Origin: Acidobacteriota bacterium | GTDB lineage: Bacteria; Acidobacteriota; Vicinamibacteria; Vicinamibacterales; CAVVIG01 | NCBI GenBank assembly: GCA_016195295.1 | Contig: JACPZV010000102.1 | Coordinates: forward strand, 1 to 32,214 | Direction: 5' to 3' | Length of the DNA: 32,214 bases | Shown here: piece by piece, positions 9,445 to 18,010 of the stretch | How the letters are laid out: every line of letters starts with the position of its first letter | Position numbering within the stretch: position 1 is the stretch's first letter | Program-made: the position numbers and the translations under genes | The notes under the pieces: generated by a model | Database searches by the model: none | Told to the model about the DNA's origin: nothing | Seen by the model: the letters and a program-made list of their open reading frames with translations, nothing else

Positions 9445-9450
9445 CGCGAG
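9441..9450 (+). repeat. Partial head (GTAGCGCGAG) of REP-like family 2; its TAG is the stop codon of the BNR gene
   Basis: This 10-mer is identical to the first 10 nt of the full copy that starts 20 nt downstream. Confidence 0.6.
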
Positions 9451-9460
9451 ATTGGATTTC

Positions 9461-9487
9461 GTAGCGCGAGCCTTTCAGGCGAGCGTG
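9461..9487 (+). repeat. REP-like family 2 element GTAGCGCGAGCC-TTTCA-GGCGAGCGTG
   Basis: 28/28 nt identity (9460-9487) with the reverse complement of 28024-28051. The imperfect 8-bp stem contains a central tandem G.A/A.G mismatch. Confidence 0.8.
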
Positions 9488-9499
9488 GCCGGATATAAT
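9488..9499 (+). promoter_or_regulatory. Putative -10 region GCCGGATATAAT (exact TATAAT at 9494-9499), 10 nt upstream of the acyP ATG
   Basis: An exact TATAAT is rare in this GC-rich window. The same 12-mer recurs at 11209-11220 upstream of the antitoxin gene. No Shine-Dalgarno sequence lies between the box and the ATG. Confidence 0.45.
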
Positions 9500-9509
9500 C
9501 GCGGGCCCT

Positions 9510-9782
9510 ATGCGTGTCGCGCGGCGATATGTGATCAGCGGTCGCGTTCAGGGCGTCGGCTTCCGCTTTTTCATCGAAGCGGCGGCGAGCCGTGAGGGGA
9601 TTCGCGGCTGGGTGCGCAATCTTCCGGACGGCGGCGTGGAAGCGGTGGCGGAAGGCGAGGCCGAGGCGATCGAGCGCTTCGAGCGATCGCTCCGCCAGGG
9701 CCCGCGCGGCGCCCGCGTCGATCGCGTCGAGATCGACGAAACCGCGCCGGACGGCCGCGCCGTTGGCTTCACCATCAAATGA
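9510..9782 (+). CDS. acyP: Acylphosphatase
   Basis: 90 aa with the signature [11 protein letters not shown] and [16 protein letters not shown]. Confidence 0.9.
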   Translation: MRVARRYVISGRVQGVGFRFFIEAAASREGIRGWVRNLPDGGVEAVAEGEAEAIERFERSLRQGPRGARVDRVEIDETAPDGRAVGFTIK

Positions 9783-10300
9783 CCATGGATGATCTCAAAA
9801 AGAAAATTCGTCACGTGCCGGACTTTCCGAAGGCCGGCATTCTGTTCTACGACATCACGACGCTGCTTCAGGATCGCGCGGGCCTCAAGGCGGCCATCGA
9901 CCGGCTGACGCAGCCGTTCGTCGACCAGCGCGTCGATCTCGTCGTCGGCATTGAAAGCCGCGGATTCATTTTCGGCGCCGCGGTCGCCGACCGGCTCGGC
10001 GCGGGGTTTTCACCTGTGAGAAAGCCCGGCAAGTTGCCGTCGAAAACGGTGCGCGCGACCTACGATCTCGAGTACGGCACCGACGCGCTCGAAATCCACG
10101 ACGATGCGGTCCGAAAAGGCCAGCGCGTCCTGATCGTCGACGACCTGCTCGCGACGGGTGGGACGGCGCGCGCGACGACGGAGCTCGTCAAGCGGCTCGG
10201 CGGCGAGGTCCTCGCGCTGGCGTTCCTGATCGAGCTCGTCGCGCTGAGCGGACGCGCGAAGCTGCCGGGCGAGACGATTCACACGGTCCTGCAGTACTAA
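9779..10300 (+). CDS. apt: Adenine phosphoribosyltransferase
   Basis: The ATG overlaps the acyP TGA (ATGA). PRPP-binding motif [14 protein letters not shown] is present, and [12 protein letters not shown] is typical of Apt. Confidence 0.93.
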   Translation: MTMDDLKKKIRHVPDFPKAGILFYDITTLLQDRAGLKAAIDRLTQPFVDQRVDLVVGIESRGFIFGAAVADRLGAGFSPVRKPGKLPSKTVRATYDLEYGTDALEIHDDAVRKGQRVLIVDDLLATGGTARATTELVKRLGGEVLALAFLIELVALSGRAKLPGETIHTVLQY

Positions 10301-10301
10301 T

Positions 10302-10325
10302 CGCTCGGCTGAAGCCTCGCGCTAC
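10302..10325 (-). repeat. REP-like family 2 element GTAGCGCGAGGC-TTCA-GCCGAGCG
   Basis: It has the same head and the same tandem G.A architecture as 9461-9487. One stem pair is swapped in a compensatory way (C-G becomes G-C). Confidence 0.7.
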
Positions 10326-10330
10326 AACCC

Positions 10331-10843
10331 ATGACCATCATCCTCGTCGCGCTAGCGCTGGCCGGCGTGGCCGCTTTCTTCGGACAGCAGATCGTCGCCG
10401 AGCTGCGCGCGGCGCGCGAGGACGCGTCGCACGGCCGGATGGTTGCACTGCTTCAGCTGTTCGCTCCCGCGCAGATCGCGGCGCACGCCGATCCGCGCGC
10501 GCTGCTGGTCTGGCAGCCGATCGCGATCGCGGCGCGCCGGCTGCTTCGCGCCGAGTTCGAGGCGATCGATCGCGCCGCGGGCGCGACGTTCCCGTTCTCC
10601 GCCGGACAGATCGAGGCGGCGCATGCGCAATGGACGGCGGACTGGCTCGCCTGGGAGCGCACGCACGACGCCGACTACAAACTGAAGGCCGCGCTGGCGG
10701 AGCAGGAGATCGCCGCGTCGGGCGGCACGGCGCTCAGCCGCAGCCGGCTGGAAGCCGTCGAGCGGGAGAAACTGGATCTGTATCAGCGGCGCTACCAGGA
10801 GTACGTGCGGATCGCGAAGGCACTTCAGGCGCTCCTTAGCTGA
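10331..10843 (+). CDS. Hypothetical protein with an N-terminal transmembrane helix
   Basis: 170-aa ORF with an N-terminal hydrophobic helix (IILVALALAGVAAFF) and coding-like high third-position GC. I recognise no family. Confidence 0.6.
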   Translation: MTIILVALALAGVAAFFGQQIVAELRAAREDASHGRMVALLQLFAPAQIAAHADPRALLVWQPIAIAARRLLRAEFEAIDRAAGATFPFSAGQIEAAHAQWTADWLAWERTHDADYKLKAALAEQEIAASGGTALSRSRLEAVEREKLDLYQRRYQEYVRIAKALQALLS

Positions 10844-10950
10844 CGCGCGTCACGTACTTTAAGATTAGGGCAATTGGACCTTTCGCAAACCCACGGTTGT
10901 CGGTTTCTCCTTTGCCTTTGAAGGCTCGGCGTTAAAATCAGCGTCTATTC

Positions 10951-11034
10951 ATGCCACTCTCGGCCGGCGCTCGGCTCGGCCCGTATGAAGTGGTATCGCT
11001 GCTCGGTAACGGCGGGATGGGGGAGGAAGGATAG
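10951..11034 (+). pseudogene. Ser/Thr protein kinase N-terminal stub (27 codons, ends in TAG)
   Basis: MPLSAGARLGPYEVVSLLGNGGMGE matches the start of Hanks-type kinases (LGPYEI..LG.GGMGEVY, glycine-rich loop). It stops immediately after GMGE. Confidence 0.6.
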
Positions 11035-11036
11035 CC

Positions 11037-11108
11037 ATGCTCCTGACTGCCCGCACGCCGCTCGGGGCGTACGAAATCATCAGCGCGATTGGCGCGGGCG
11101 GCATGGGC
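11037..11108 (+). pseudogene. Second Ser/Thr kinase N-terminal stub, truncated at the glycine-rich loop by a hairpin element
   Basis: MLLTARTPLGAYEIISAIGAGGMG is followed directly by non-kinase sequence encoded by the hairpin at 11112-11129. The ORF then runs on meaninglessly to 11219. Confidence 0.55.
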
Positions 11109-11111
11109 GGG

Positions 11112-11129
11112 CCGCGGCTAAAGCCGCGG
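11112..11129. repeat. Perfect hairpin CCGCGGC-TAAA-GCCGCGG
   Basis: 7-bp GC stem with a 4-nt loop. It has no GTAG head, so it is not assigned to the REP families. Confidence 0.6.
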
Positions 11130-11208
11130 AAGTTTGAAGTCAGAAGTCCGGGCGCCTTGGGTGTTCGGGAACGAGAACGCATGGCAGACGCGAATCACGA
11201 TGCCGCGA

Positions 11209-11220
11209 GCCGGATATAAT
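11209..11220 (+). promoter_or_regulatory. Putative -10 region GCCGGATATAAT (TATAAT at 11215-11220), 12 nt upstream of the antitoxin ATG
   Basis: The 12-mer is identical to 9488-9499 and contains an exact TATAAT. Confidence 0.45.
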
Positions 11221-11232
11221 GAAGAAATAGCC

Positions 11233-11478
11233 ATGCCGGTGACGATTTCTGACGACGTGTTGGCTGCCGCTCACCTCAGCGAGGCGGAGCTGCGGCGAGA
11301 ACTCGCCGTGGCCCTCTTTCGCGAAGAGCGCTTGACGCTGGCCCAGGCGAGTCGTCTCGCAGCGATAGACCAGTTGGCGTTCCAAGCCGTTTTGGCCGAC
11401 CGCAAGATCCCGATTCACTACGGTATCGAGGAATTTGACGAGGACCTCCGGACGATTGATGCGCTCGAACGACGTTGA
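11233..11478 (+). CDS. UPF0175-family antitoxin
   Basis: 81 aa: MPVTISDDVLAAAHLSEAELRRELAVALFREERLTLAQASRLAAIDQLAFQAVLADRKIP. This is the typical UPF0175 helix-turn-helix layout. Its stop overlaps the start of the DUF3368 gene. Confidence 0.8.
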   Translation: MPVTISDDVLAAAHLSEAELRRELAVALFREERLTLAQASRLAAIDQLAFQAVLADRKIPIHYGIEEFDEDLRTIDALERR

Positions 11479-11963
11479 TCGTTGTCTCCGATACCTCCCC
11501 GGTTCTGAATCTTGAGAGGATCGGTCGGCTCGAACTCCTTCCGGCCCTGTATCGGCAGGTTTTGATTCCCACCGCGGTCTACGTTGAGCTCCGAGGGAGC
11601 CCGTCCGCGCCTGCCCGTCAAATCGACGTCGATGTGTTTCCGTGGTTGATCGTGGCGACCGCAACCGACCGGCAGTTGGTCGAAGATCTTCGCGCGAAGC
11701 TGGATGTCGGTGAGGCCGAAGCCATCGCGCTTGCTCTCGAACGGCGCGCCGATCTCCTGCTGGTCGATGAGAAGCGCGCTCGGCGCACGGCCACCGCCTC
11801 CGGTCTCAGTGTCACCGGACTGCTTGGGGTGATCGTGCAGGCGAAGCATGCTGGAGTGATCGACGCGGCCCGGCCGATTCTTGACGACCTGATTCGTACT
11901 GCGCGGTTTTGGATCGGTCCTTTGCTCTATGCCGAAGTGCTCGAGCGACTTGGTGAGGGCTGA
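11475..11963 (+). CDS. DUF3368-family PIN-like toxin
   Basis: The TTG start overlaps the antitoxin TGA (TTGA). VVSDTSPVLNLERIGRLELLPALY...GEAEAIALALE...LLLVDEKRAR shows a PIN-like acidic residue pattern. UPF0175 is the canonical partner of this family. Confidence 0.8.
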   Translation: MIVVSDTSPVLNLERIGRLELLPALYRQVLIPTAVYVELRGSPSAPARQIDVDVFPWLIVATATDRQLVEDLRAKLDVGEAEAIALALERRADLLLVDEKRARRTATASGLSVTGLLGVIVQAKHAGVIDAARPILDDLIRTARFWIGPLLYAEVLERLGEG

Positions 11964-12041
11964 GCGCGCGTCAGGATGCCGATTCAGGCAGCCGCAATGG
12001 AGATATCTGGATCGTCCAGGCCGCGGTACGGTGAAACACGC

Positions 12042-13981
12042 ATGACTCGTTCAACGTTCCTCGCGATGCTCGCGTGTGCGTTTGCGACAGCGTGCAGTTC
12101 GTCACCGACCACACCCTCCGCACCGCGGCCGTCGACGCCTCCTAGCGCAGGCGTGACCGCAATCGTGGTGTCTGCCGGCGGCCGCTTTCCCATCGTGGGG
12201 CGTTCGGTCGTCGAGCTCGCCAGTTGCCTGCAGGCCGTCGCGGATCCTCAGTGTTTCTCGGGTGCGCGCCCCGTCGTGCGGGGGGCGGTCGCGGGCGCGA
12301 CGGCGCCGGGCGTGCCGGTGAATCTCGTGGCGACGGCGAGCGGCAGTGCGGTGACGTTGACGTGGAGCGCGCCGACCTCCGGGGATCCGGTGGTCACCTA
12401 CATCCTGGAAGCCGGCTCGGCGTCGGGTCTCGCGAACCTGGCGAACATCACGACGAACAGCACGCTGACGACGTACTCGGCAAGCACGCGCCGAGCGGCC
12501 TGACGAGTACCGTGAGCGGCAGCGCGGTGACGCTGTCGTGGAATGCCCCGAGCGGCGGCTGCGCGGTGACGTCCTACATCTTGCAAGCCGGGAGCACGTC
12601 CGGCTTGAGTAATCTCGCGAACACGAACATCGGGACGGCGGCCACGAGCTACGTCGCGATCGGCGTGGGCAATGGCGTCTACTACGTGCGCGTGGTCGCT
12701 GCGAACGCGTTCGGCCAGAGCCCGGCATCCAATGAAGTCGTCACGACCGTCGGCCTGGCCAAGACTGTGAACTGCGGCGACGCGATCGTCGTCAGCACAA
12801 CGCTCCAAAGCGATCTGACCTGCGACCGCACCGGCCTCATCATCGGCGCGGACGGGATCACGCTCGACCTCAACGGCCACTCACTCACTGGTCCCGGCGG
12901 CGGTGGCGGCTATCCGGGCATCATCATCACCGGACATACCGGTGTTTCGATCGTGAATGGGATCGTCAATAACTTCGGCCATGGCGTGCTGCTTCTGAGT
13001 GGCGCCAACAGGAACATCATTCGGAACGTCACGACCAACAGCCAGTTCTTCAATGGAATTTCCGTATTCGGCTCGAGCGACAACGTCATCGAGAACTGCC
13101 ACGTGAATGGTTCCGGTTCGTTTGGGGTGGGCCTGAACGGGGCCTCGAACGGGAACGCGGTGCGGAATTGCACCGTCACCGGCAGCGGGAGCAGCGGGAT
13201 TTTCATCGGCGGTGGGGGTGGACAACCGCCATCCTTCAACAACGTGGTCACGGGCAACAGCGTGCACGACAACCCGACCACGGGCCCGGCCATCTCCATC
13301 TTCGGCAGCGCCAATAACACCGTCGACGGGAACGATGTTGTCCATAACGTGGTCGGGACGGGAGGCCATGGTATCGGCGTCAGCACCGGTTCCAACGACA
13401 ACACGGTCAGCAACAATCACGTTTCGAATAACTCTGCCCTTGGGATTTCGATCAACAACGCATCGTTGAACAACCGGGTGACCGCCAACACAGTCTCGGG
13501 CAACACGAGTAATGGTGTCGACCTGAATTCGTCGACTGGCAATTCGGTCGCGAACAATACGGTCACCGGAAACTCCAGCAACGGCATCGCGGTGACCGCG
13601 GCTTCAGGCAACTCAGTGACGGCGAACCAGGTCACGGGCAACGCCCTCAGCGGCCTCCTCATCGACTCCGGGTCGAACACCAACCAGATCTTCAACAACA
13701 CCGTGAACGGGAACAACACGACGACGGGCGCGAACAGCGCTGGGATCTTCCTGACCGCGACCACTCCAGCACCGCGCGACAACCAGATTCACGACAACAC
13801 CGCGGTGGGCAACACACGCTTGGATATCGAGGACCGCACCACTGGGCCAGGTACCGCCGGAACGCTGAATACCTATGCATCCAATAACTGCGTTCTTGGC
13901 AGGCCGGCGGCGCTCTGCGTGCCACCGGGCACAACGCCGCTGAACATCGCGCCACGCCAACTCATCCAGGGGACACCATGA
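12042..13981 (+). pseudogene. Lipoprotein with two FN3-like modules and a right-handed parallel beta-helix (PbH1/NosD-like) domain; frame broken near 12486-12487
   Basis: Lipobox MTRSTFLAMLACAFATAC. FN3-like module 1 (VNLVATASGSAVTLTWSAP...LTTYSAS) stops mid-module. The other frame resumes at the start of module 2 (APSGLTSTVSGSAVTLSWNAP...YYVRVVAANAFGQSPASNEV). Many beta-helix turns follow (NxxxxNxV / GNxxxGI). The span is 1940 nt, not a multiple of 3. Confidence 0.75.
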
Positions 13982-14919
13982 ACAAAATGACGAGACGCGG
14001 TTTCCTCGGAGCGACGCTCGCGGGCGCCGCAATCCCGGCGCTCGGTGGTATCGCGGCTGGGCAGAATGTCCCGCCGTTGGCCGACGGTCTTACCGTCGAA
14101 AAGGACGTTGTGTTCGGGAAGGGCGGCAATCTCGATCTGAAGCTGGATATCTACCGTCAGCGGAAGGGGAAGGGAAAACGGATGGCCACGATTCACTTCC
14201 ATGGCGGTGCATTCTCGGCAGGCAGCAAGGACATGCTCTGGAGGACGATCCAACCGTACGCGTTGCTCGGATACGTCGCCATCGCCCCGCAGTACCGCCT
14301 CAGCGGCCAGGCGGCGTTTCCCGCATTGATTCATGACACGAAGGCGGCGATCCGGTGGGTGCGCGCCAACGCGAAGAAGCTCGGCATCGAGCCGGACCGC
14401 ATCGCCGTCGTCGGCTACTCCGCCGGCGGATACCACGCCCTCTTCACCGCGGGGACCGGGGACCGACCCGAATGGGAAGGCACCGGGGGAAACCCGGGCG
14501 TCAGCACGAAGGTCGCGGCGTGTCTGGCCTATTACCCCGCGACGATTGTTTCCCGCGACATGATGTCTGCCGTCAGCCCCGAGGATCGAAGCGCCGCCTG
14601 GGCCACCGCGCACATCGCCGCGGGGTTTCCTCCGACGGCGATCTTCCACGGCTTCCTGGACACCACCATCCCGATCGACAGCAGCCTGCGCCTGGTCCAG
14701 CAACTCCGCGACCAGCAACTCCGCGACGCCAATGTGCCGGTGGAATTCCACGGATTCGAAGGCGTTCCCCACGCCTTCGACACCAACATGGAATTCGCGG
14801 TTGTCGCCGCGCAGCTGGCCGACCTCTTCCTGGACCGGCACGTGGTCAGCCCGCGCACCTATCCACCGTTCAGTGGCGGACGCGGCGGCGGGAGGCGTGG
14901 AGGCAGGGCAAGCCCCTGA
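13978..14919 (+). CDS. Tat-exported alpha/beta hydrolase (HSL/esterase-lipase type)
   Basis: The ATG overlaps the upstream TGA (ATGA). Twin-arginine motif TRRGFLG, oxyanion motif HFHGGAF and nucleophile elbow GYSAGG are present. Confidence 0.85.
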   Translation: MNKMTRRGFLGATLAGAAIPALGGIAAGQNVPPLADGLTVEKDVVFGKGGNLDLKLDIYRQRKGKGKRMATIHFHGGAFSAGSKDMLWRTIQPYALLGYVAIAPQYRLSGQAAFPALIHDTKAAIRWVRANAKKLGIEPDRIAVVGYSAGGYHALFTAGTGDRPEWEGTGGNPGVSTKVAACLAYYPATIVSRDMMSAVSPEDRSAAWATAHIAAGFPPTAIFHGFLDTTIPIDSSLRLVQQLRDQQLRDANVPVEFHGFEGVPHAFDTNMEFAVVAAQLADLFLDRHVVSPRTYPPFSGGRGGGRRGGRASP

Positions 14920-14997
14920 GGAGCCGAAGAGGGCTCAGGCGCCGTCGCGCACCACACGGCACTTGGTAAGTTACGCTCGCACGTCGACTCGCTCTCA

Positions 14998-15546
14998 CTA
15001 GGAATTCATCTGGCCGAGTGATCTGAACGGCGTCGTCGCACGATCGAGCATGGACATCACGGTCGACGCCACGAGCAGGTACGCGAGCGCACCGGTCGCC
15101 AGCCGCAGGAGCGACGTGAAGCCGGCCGGGAACGGCAATCGCGACGCGGCGACGAGCACGATCGGCACGAAGTAGAGGATGCCGTTCCACCGCCCGAGAA
15201 AGCTGGCGCGCAGCTGCCGCTGGCGATGCCACACGTAGGAATCGAGGACGTACTGACCAAAGGCGAACGGTATCAGCGCCGGCAGGAGCGGCGTGATCGA
15301 TCCGGCGATGGCGACGCCCGTCAAGCCGCTGGTGACGAAGAGGCAGTCCGTGCTGTGGTCGAACAACATCCCGAAGGCCGACGCCGTCCCCTGCCTCCGC
15401 GCGACGGGGCCGTCGAGAAAATCGGTCACGATCGCGAGACCGACGAAGAGCGCCACGACGCCAGGCGCGAGCCGTTCGGGACGGGCCAAGGCGACCGCCA
15501 CGGGAAGCGCCAGTGCCAGCCGGACGGCGGTCAGCGCGTTCGCCAT
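14998..15546 (-). CDS. CDP-alcohol phosphatidyltransferase family protein (182 aa)
   Basis: The family motif D-x2-D-G-x2-A-R-x8-G-x3-D-x3-D is present exactly, as DFLDGPVARRQGTASAFGMLFDHSTD. The protein is multi-pass hydrophobic. Its ATG overlaps the upstream TGA by 1 nt. Confidence 0.9.
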   Translation of the reverse strand: MANALTAVRLALALPVAVALARPERLAPGVVALFVGLAIVTDFLDGPVARRQGTASAFGMLFDHSTDCLFVTSGLTGVAIAGSITPLLPALIPFAFGQYVLDSYVWHRQRQLRASFLGRWNGILYFVPIVLVAASRLPFPAGFTSLLRLATGALAYLLVASTVMSMLDRATTPFRSLGQMNS

Positions 15547-16520
15547 CACCGATCGAACAACTCTCGTTGGGCGCGGCGCAGGAACACGACGCCGATCAGC
15601 GCATTGAACAGGATGAAGAAGTTGTGCTGCACGAATCCGAAGGCGGCCATCTGGCCCTCGTTCTGGGGGAACAGGACGACCCAGAGCGTGATGGCGGCCG
15701 CGCGCATCGGCGTGGGCACCGTCGCGGCAAAGAAGATGATCGGCAGATACCCGAGCAGGGGCCGCAGCGAAGCCGGGACCCCGAACAGATTCAACGCGAT
15801 GGTGTACACCAGCACGGCCGCGAGCAGAGCGGGGGAGCGGAGCAGGAAGAACAGGACGTAGTGCTTCAGGGTCGCCATCCTGAACGCGTGGAAGATCTTC
15901 TTGTCGCGAAGCTGGTTGCCGGGAAGGATCGCCCCGCGGAAGTAGAGGACCCACAGGGTGAACACCACCGCGGCGCCCAGCGTGATGACGGGCATCCATC
16001 CGAAGATCGCGGGCAGCGAGCTCCGGTTGACGATGTACCCCACGCTGGCCCATACCAGGAGATAGAAGATCTCGCCGAACATGATGAACAGCATCACGGA
16101 CGCCACTTCCCAGCCGGGCACGTCGTACCGCCGATTGAGGTAGTACGCCATCACGCCCTTGCCAACCTGCTCGCTGAAGAGAGAGATGATGTAGGCGCTG
16201 GCCCGGATCGGCAGGATGTCCCGGTATCGGATTGGCTTGATGAACCAGCTCAACGCCCGCATGAGGACGAGCGCGTCGATTATCAAGTAGAAGCACGAGT
16301 ACACCACCATCAGTAGCAGCCACGGCAGCCATCGAACGTTCGTGAACACCCGTGTCATGTAGTCGACGAGAGGAAGCCCCTCACGGGCGGCGGCGGCGTT
16401 CAGGCGGTAGTACAGGAAGACGAAACACGCGGCCGCGATCGCGAGAAAGACCATTCGGCCCAGTGCCTTCGAGGCACCGTTGGCCGGCGTCGTGGTCGGG
16501 GGCGCGGCGGATTCAGTCAC
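15546..16520 (-). CDS. UPF0104 / lysylphosphatidylglycerol-synthase-TM-like (flippase-like) membrane protein
   Basis: About 8 hydrophobic segments with features that fit the UPF0104 family. The GTG start at 16520-16518 overlaps the SDR TGA (GTGA). Confidence 0.7.
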   Translation of the reverse strand: MTESAAPPTTTPANGASKALGRMVFLAIAAACFVFLYYRLNAAAAREGLPLVDYMTRVFTNVRWLPWLLLMVVYSCFYLIIDALVLMRALSWFIKPIRYRDILPIRASAYIISLFSEQVGKGVMAYYLNRRYDVPGWEVASVMLFIMFGEIFYLLVWASVGYIVNRSSLPAIFGWMPVITLGAAVVFTLWVLYFRGAILPGNQLRDKKIFHAFRMATLKHYVLFFLLRSPALLAAVLVYTIALNLFGVPASLRPLLGYLPIIFFAATVPTPMRAAAITLWVVLFPQNEGQMAAFGFVQHNFFILFNALIGVVFLRRAQRELFDR

Positions 16521-17425
16521 GGGTGGGCCACCTTGACCTGCGAGGGCAGGAGCTTCTCGAGTGTCGCCGACAACGGCGTGAGGAGCACGCCGAGCTCGGC
16601 ATCCGCGTTCTCGTGCACGACTTCGCTCGACGTGATCACGTCGATCACGGTGGGGGTCATTCCGCCCTGCCGACGCCATCCGCTGAGAGCGGCTCCCAAT
16701 CTGGCCAGCCATACCGGCAGGGACCGAATCGACACGTGACGGTCCATCAGCGCCGCCGTCCTGGCCACCACGTCTCGATAGGCCGCTGGTTCCGGTCCCA
16801 CCAGTTCGTACACGGCCACTCCCGGTGCGGAGCCTTCACAGCAGCGCAGGATGGCACGGCTCAGATCGTCCACGTCCAGCGGACGGATCGAATGGCGTCC
16901 GCCGCCGAGCAGCGTGACGGCCGGCTGCGAAGCCGCGTGGACGACGGCGCGGGCGCCTGCCATGCCGGGCCCCAACAGGATCCCCGTGCGGATGATGGCG
17001 CCCGAGAGACCCGATTCGGAGACGATGCGCTCCGCGCGGCCTTTCGAGCGCCAATACCGATTGGGCGACGTCGGGTCCGCGCCGAGCACGCTCACCAGCA
17101 CGATGCGACGGACTCCGGCCTTCCTGCACGCATCCACGACGGCCTGAGTCGCGTCGACGTTGGCCGTCTGATAGCTGGACGCAGGACTCTCGACGAGGAT
17201 CCCGGCGAGATGCACCACGCAACCGGCTCCGCCCAACGTGGCAGCCAGTCCGTCGCGATCGGCGTAGTCGATCGCGCGCGCTGAAATCGACGGCGAGGCT
17301 GGCAGGTTGGCCATGGCGCGCGCCGACCGCACGCAGGCGACCACCTGGATATCGCCGCGCTCGGCCAGGTGCCGCAGCAGGATGTTGCCGGCACTGCTGT
17401 TGGCTCCCGTGATCGCAATGTTCAC
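16517..17425 (-). CDS. NAD(P)-binding Rossmann protein (atypical SDR, epimerase/NmrA-like)
   Basis: GTG start. The N-terminus NIAITGANSSAGNILLRHL is a glycine-rich dinucleotide-binding loop. The overall layout is that of an extended or atypical SDR. Confidence 0.8.
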   Translation of the reverse strand: MNIAITGANSSAGNILLRHLAERGDIQVVACVRSARAMANLPASPSISARAIDYADRDGLAATLGGAGCVVHLAGILVESPASSYQTANVDATQAVVDACRKAGVRRIVLVSVLGADPTSPNRYWRSKGRAERIVSESGLSGAIIRTGILLGPGMAGARAVVHAASQPAVTLLGGGRHSIRPLDVDDLSRAILRCCEGSAPGVAVYELVGPEPAAYRDVVARTAALMDRHVSIRSLPVWLARLGAALSGWRRQGGMTPTVIDVITSSEVVHENADAELGVLLTPLSATLEKLLPSQVKVAHP

Positions 17426-17461
17426 GCGCCCACGCCTGGACTCGAAGCAGTAAGGCGAGCG

Positions 17462-18010
17462 CTAGTCAACGGCCGAGCGCAGCTGAAACGTGCCCCATTC
17501 CTTGGGCCGTTTCGCGTCGGGCGGAGGGGTGGGGTTGTAGCGAGCTTCGCCGTACACCTGCAGCTTCTTGACCCTCGCCGCCCAGGCCCGGTCCAGCACC
17601 GCCTCGTCCTTCACCCTGGTGAAGACGACCGGGTACACCTTTCCGTTGAGGCGCAGGCGTCCGTGTGCGCCGTCTTGAACGTGCCGGCCCCAGAACTTGT
17701 GCTCGCAGTTGCCGCAACTGAGGAAAAGCCCGCCTTCCGGGGTTGCCATGCAGTTGAGATTCACGGCGTGGGGCATGGGGCCGGCGTAGATCTGAATCTG
17801 GCAGAGCGGAATGTCGTTGACCAAGCTCCAGTCGGTCACGGGCGCTTTCTGCACGTCGCCCAACAGCATGAATCCGGGCATCTGATTGCAGGGACAGGTC
17901 GTGGTCCAGACCGCGATGCCTCCCAGCACCACGATGAAGAGAGCGGTCAGACCAAGAAGGACCTTTCTGGCGAGAGGGGCTTTTCGAGTTGTCGCCAATC
18001 TCTCAGCCAT
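17462..18010 (-). CDS. Hypothetical membrane-anchored, Cys-rich protein; paralog of 18614..19201
   Basis: AAGGA lies 10 nt upstream of the ATG, and there is one N-terminal transmembrane helix. It shares blocks with the divergent neighbour: G.xL.G[DE]V...PVT[DN], K.W...V, and R[LV]R[LM]..GK[VI]Y....V.D.A. Confidence 0.7.
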   Translation of the reverse strand: MAERLATTRKAPLARKVLLGLTALFIVVLGGIAVWTTTCPCNQMPGFMLLGDVQKAPVTDWSLVNDIPLCQIQIYAGPMPHAVNLNCMATPEGGLFLSCGNCEHKFWGRHVQDGAHGRLRLNGKVYPVVFTRVKDEAVLDRAWAARVKKLQVYGEARYNPTPPPDAKRPKEWGTFQLRSAVD

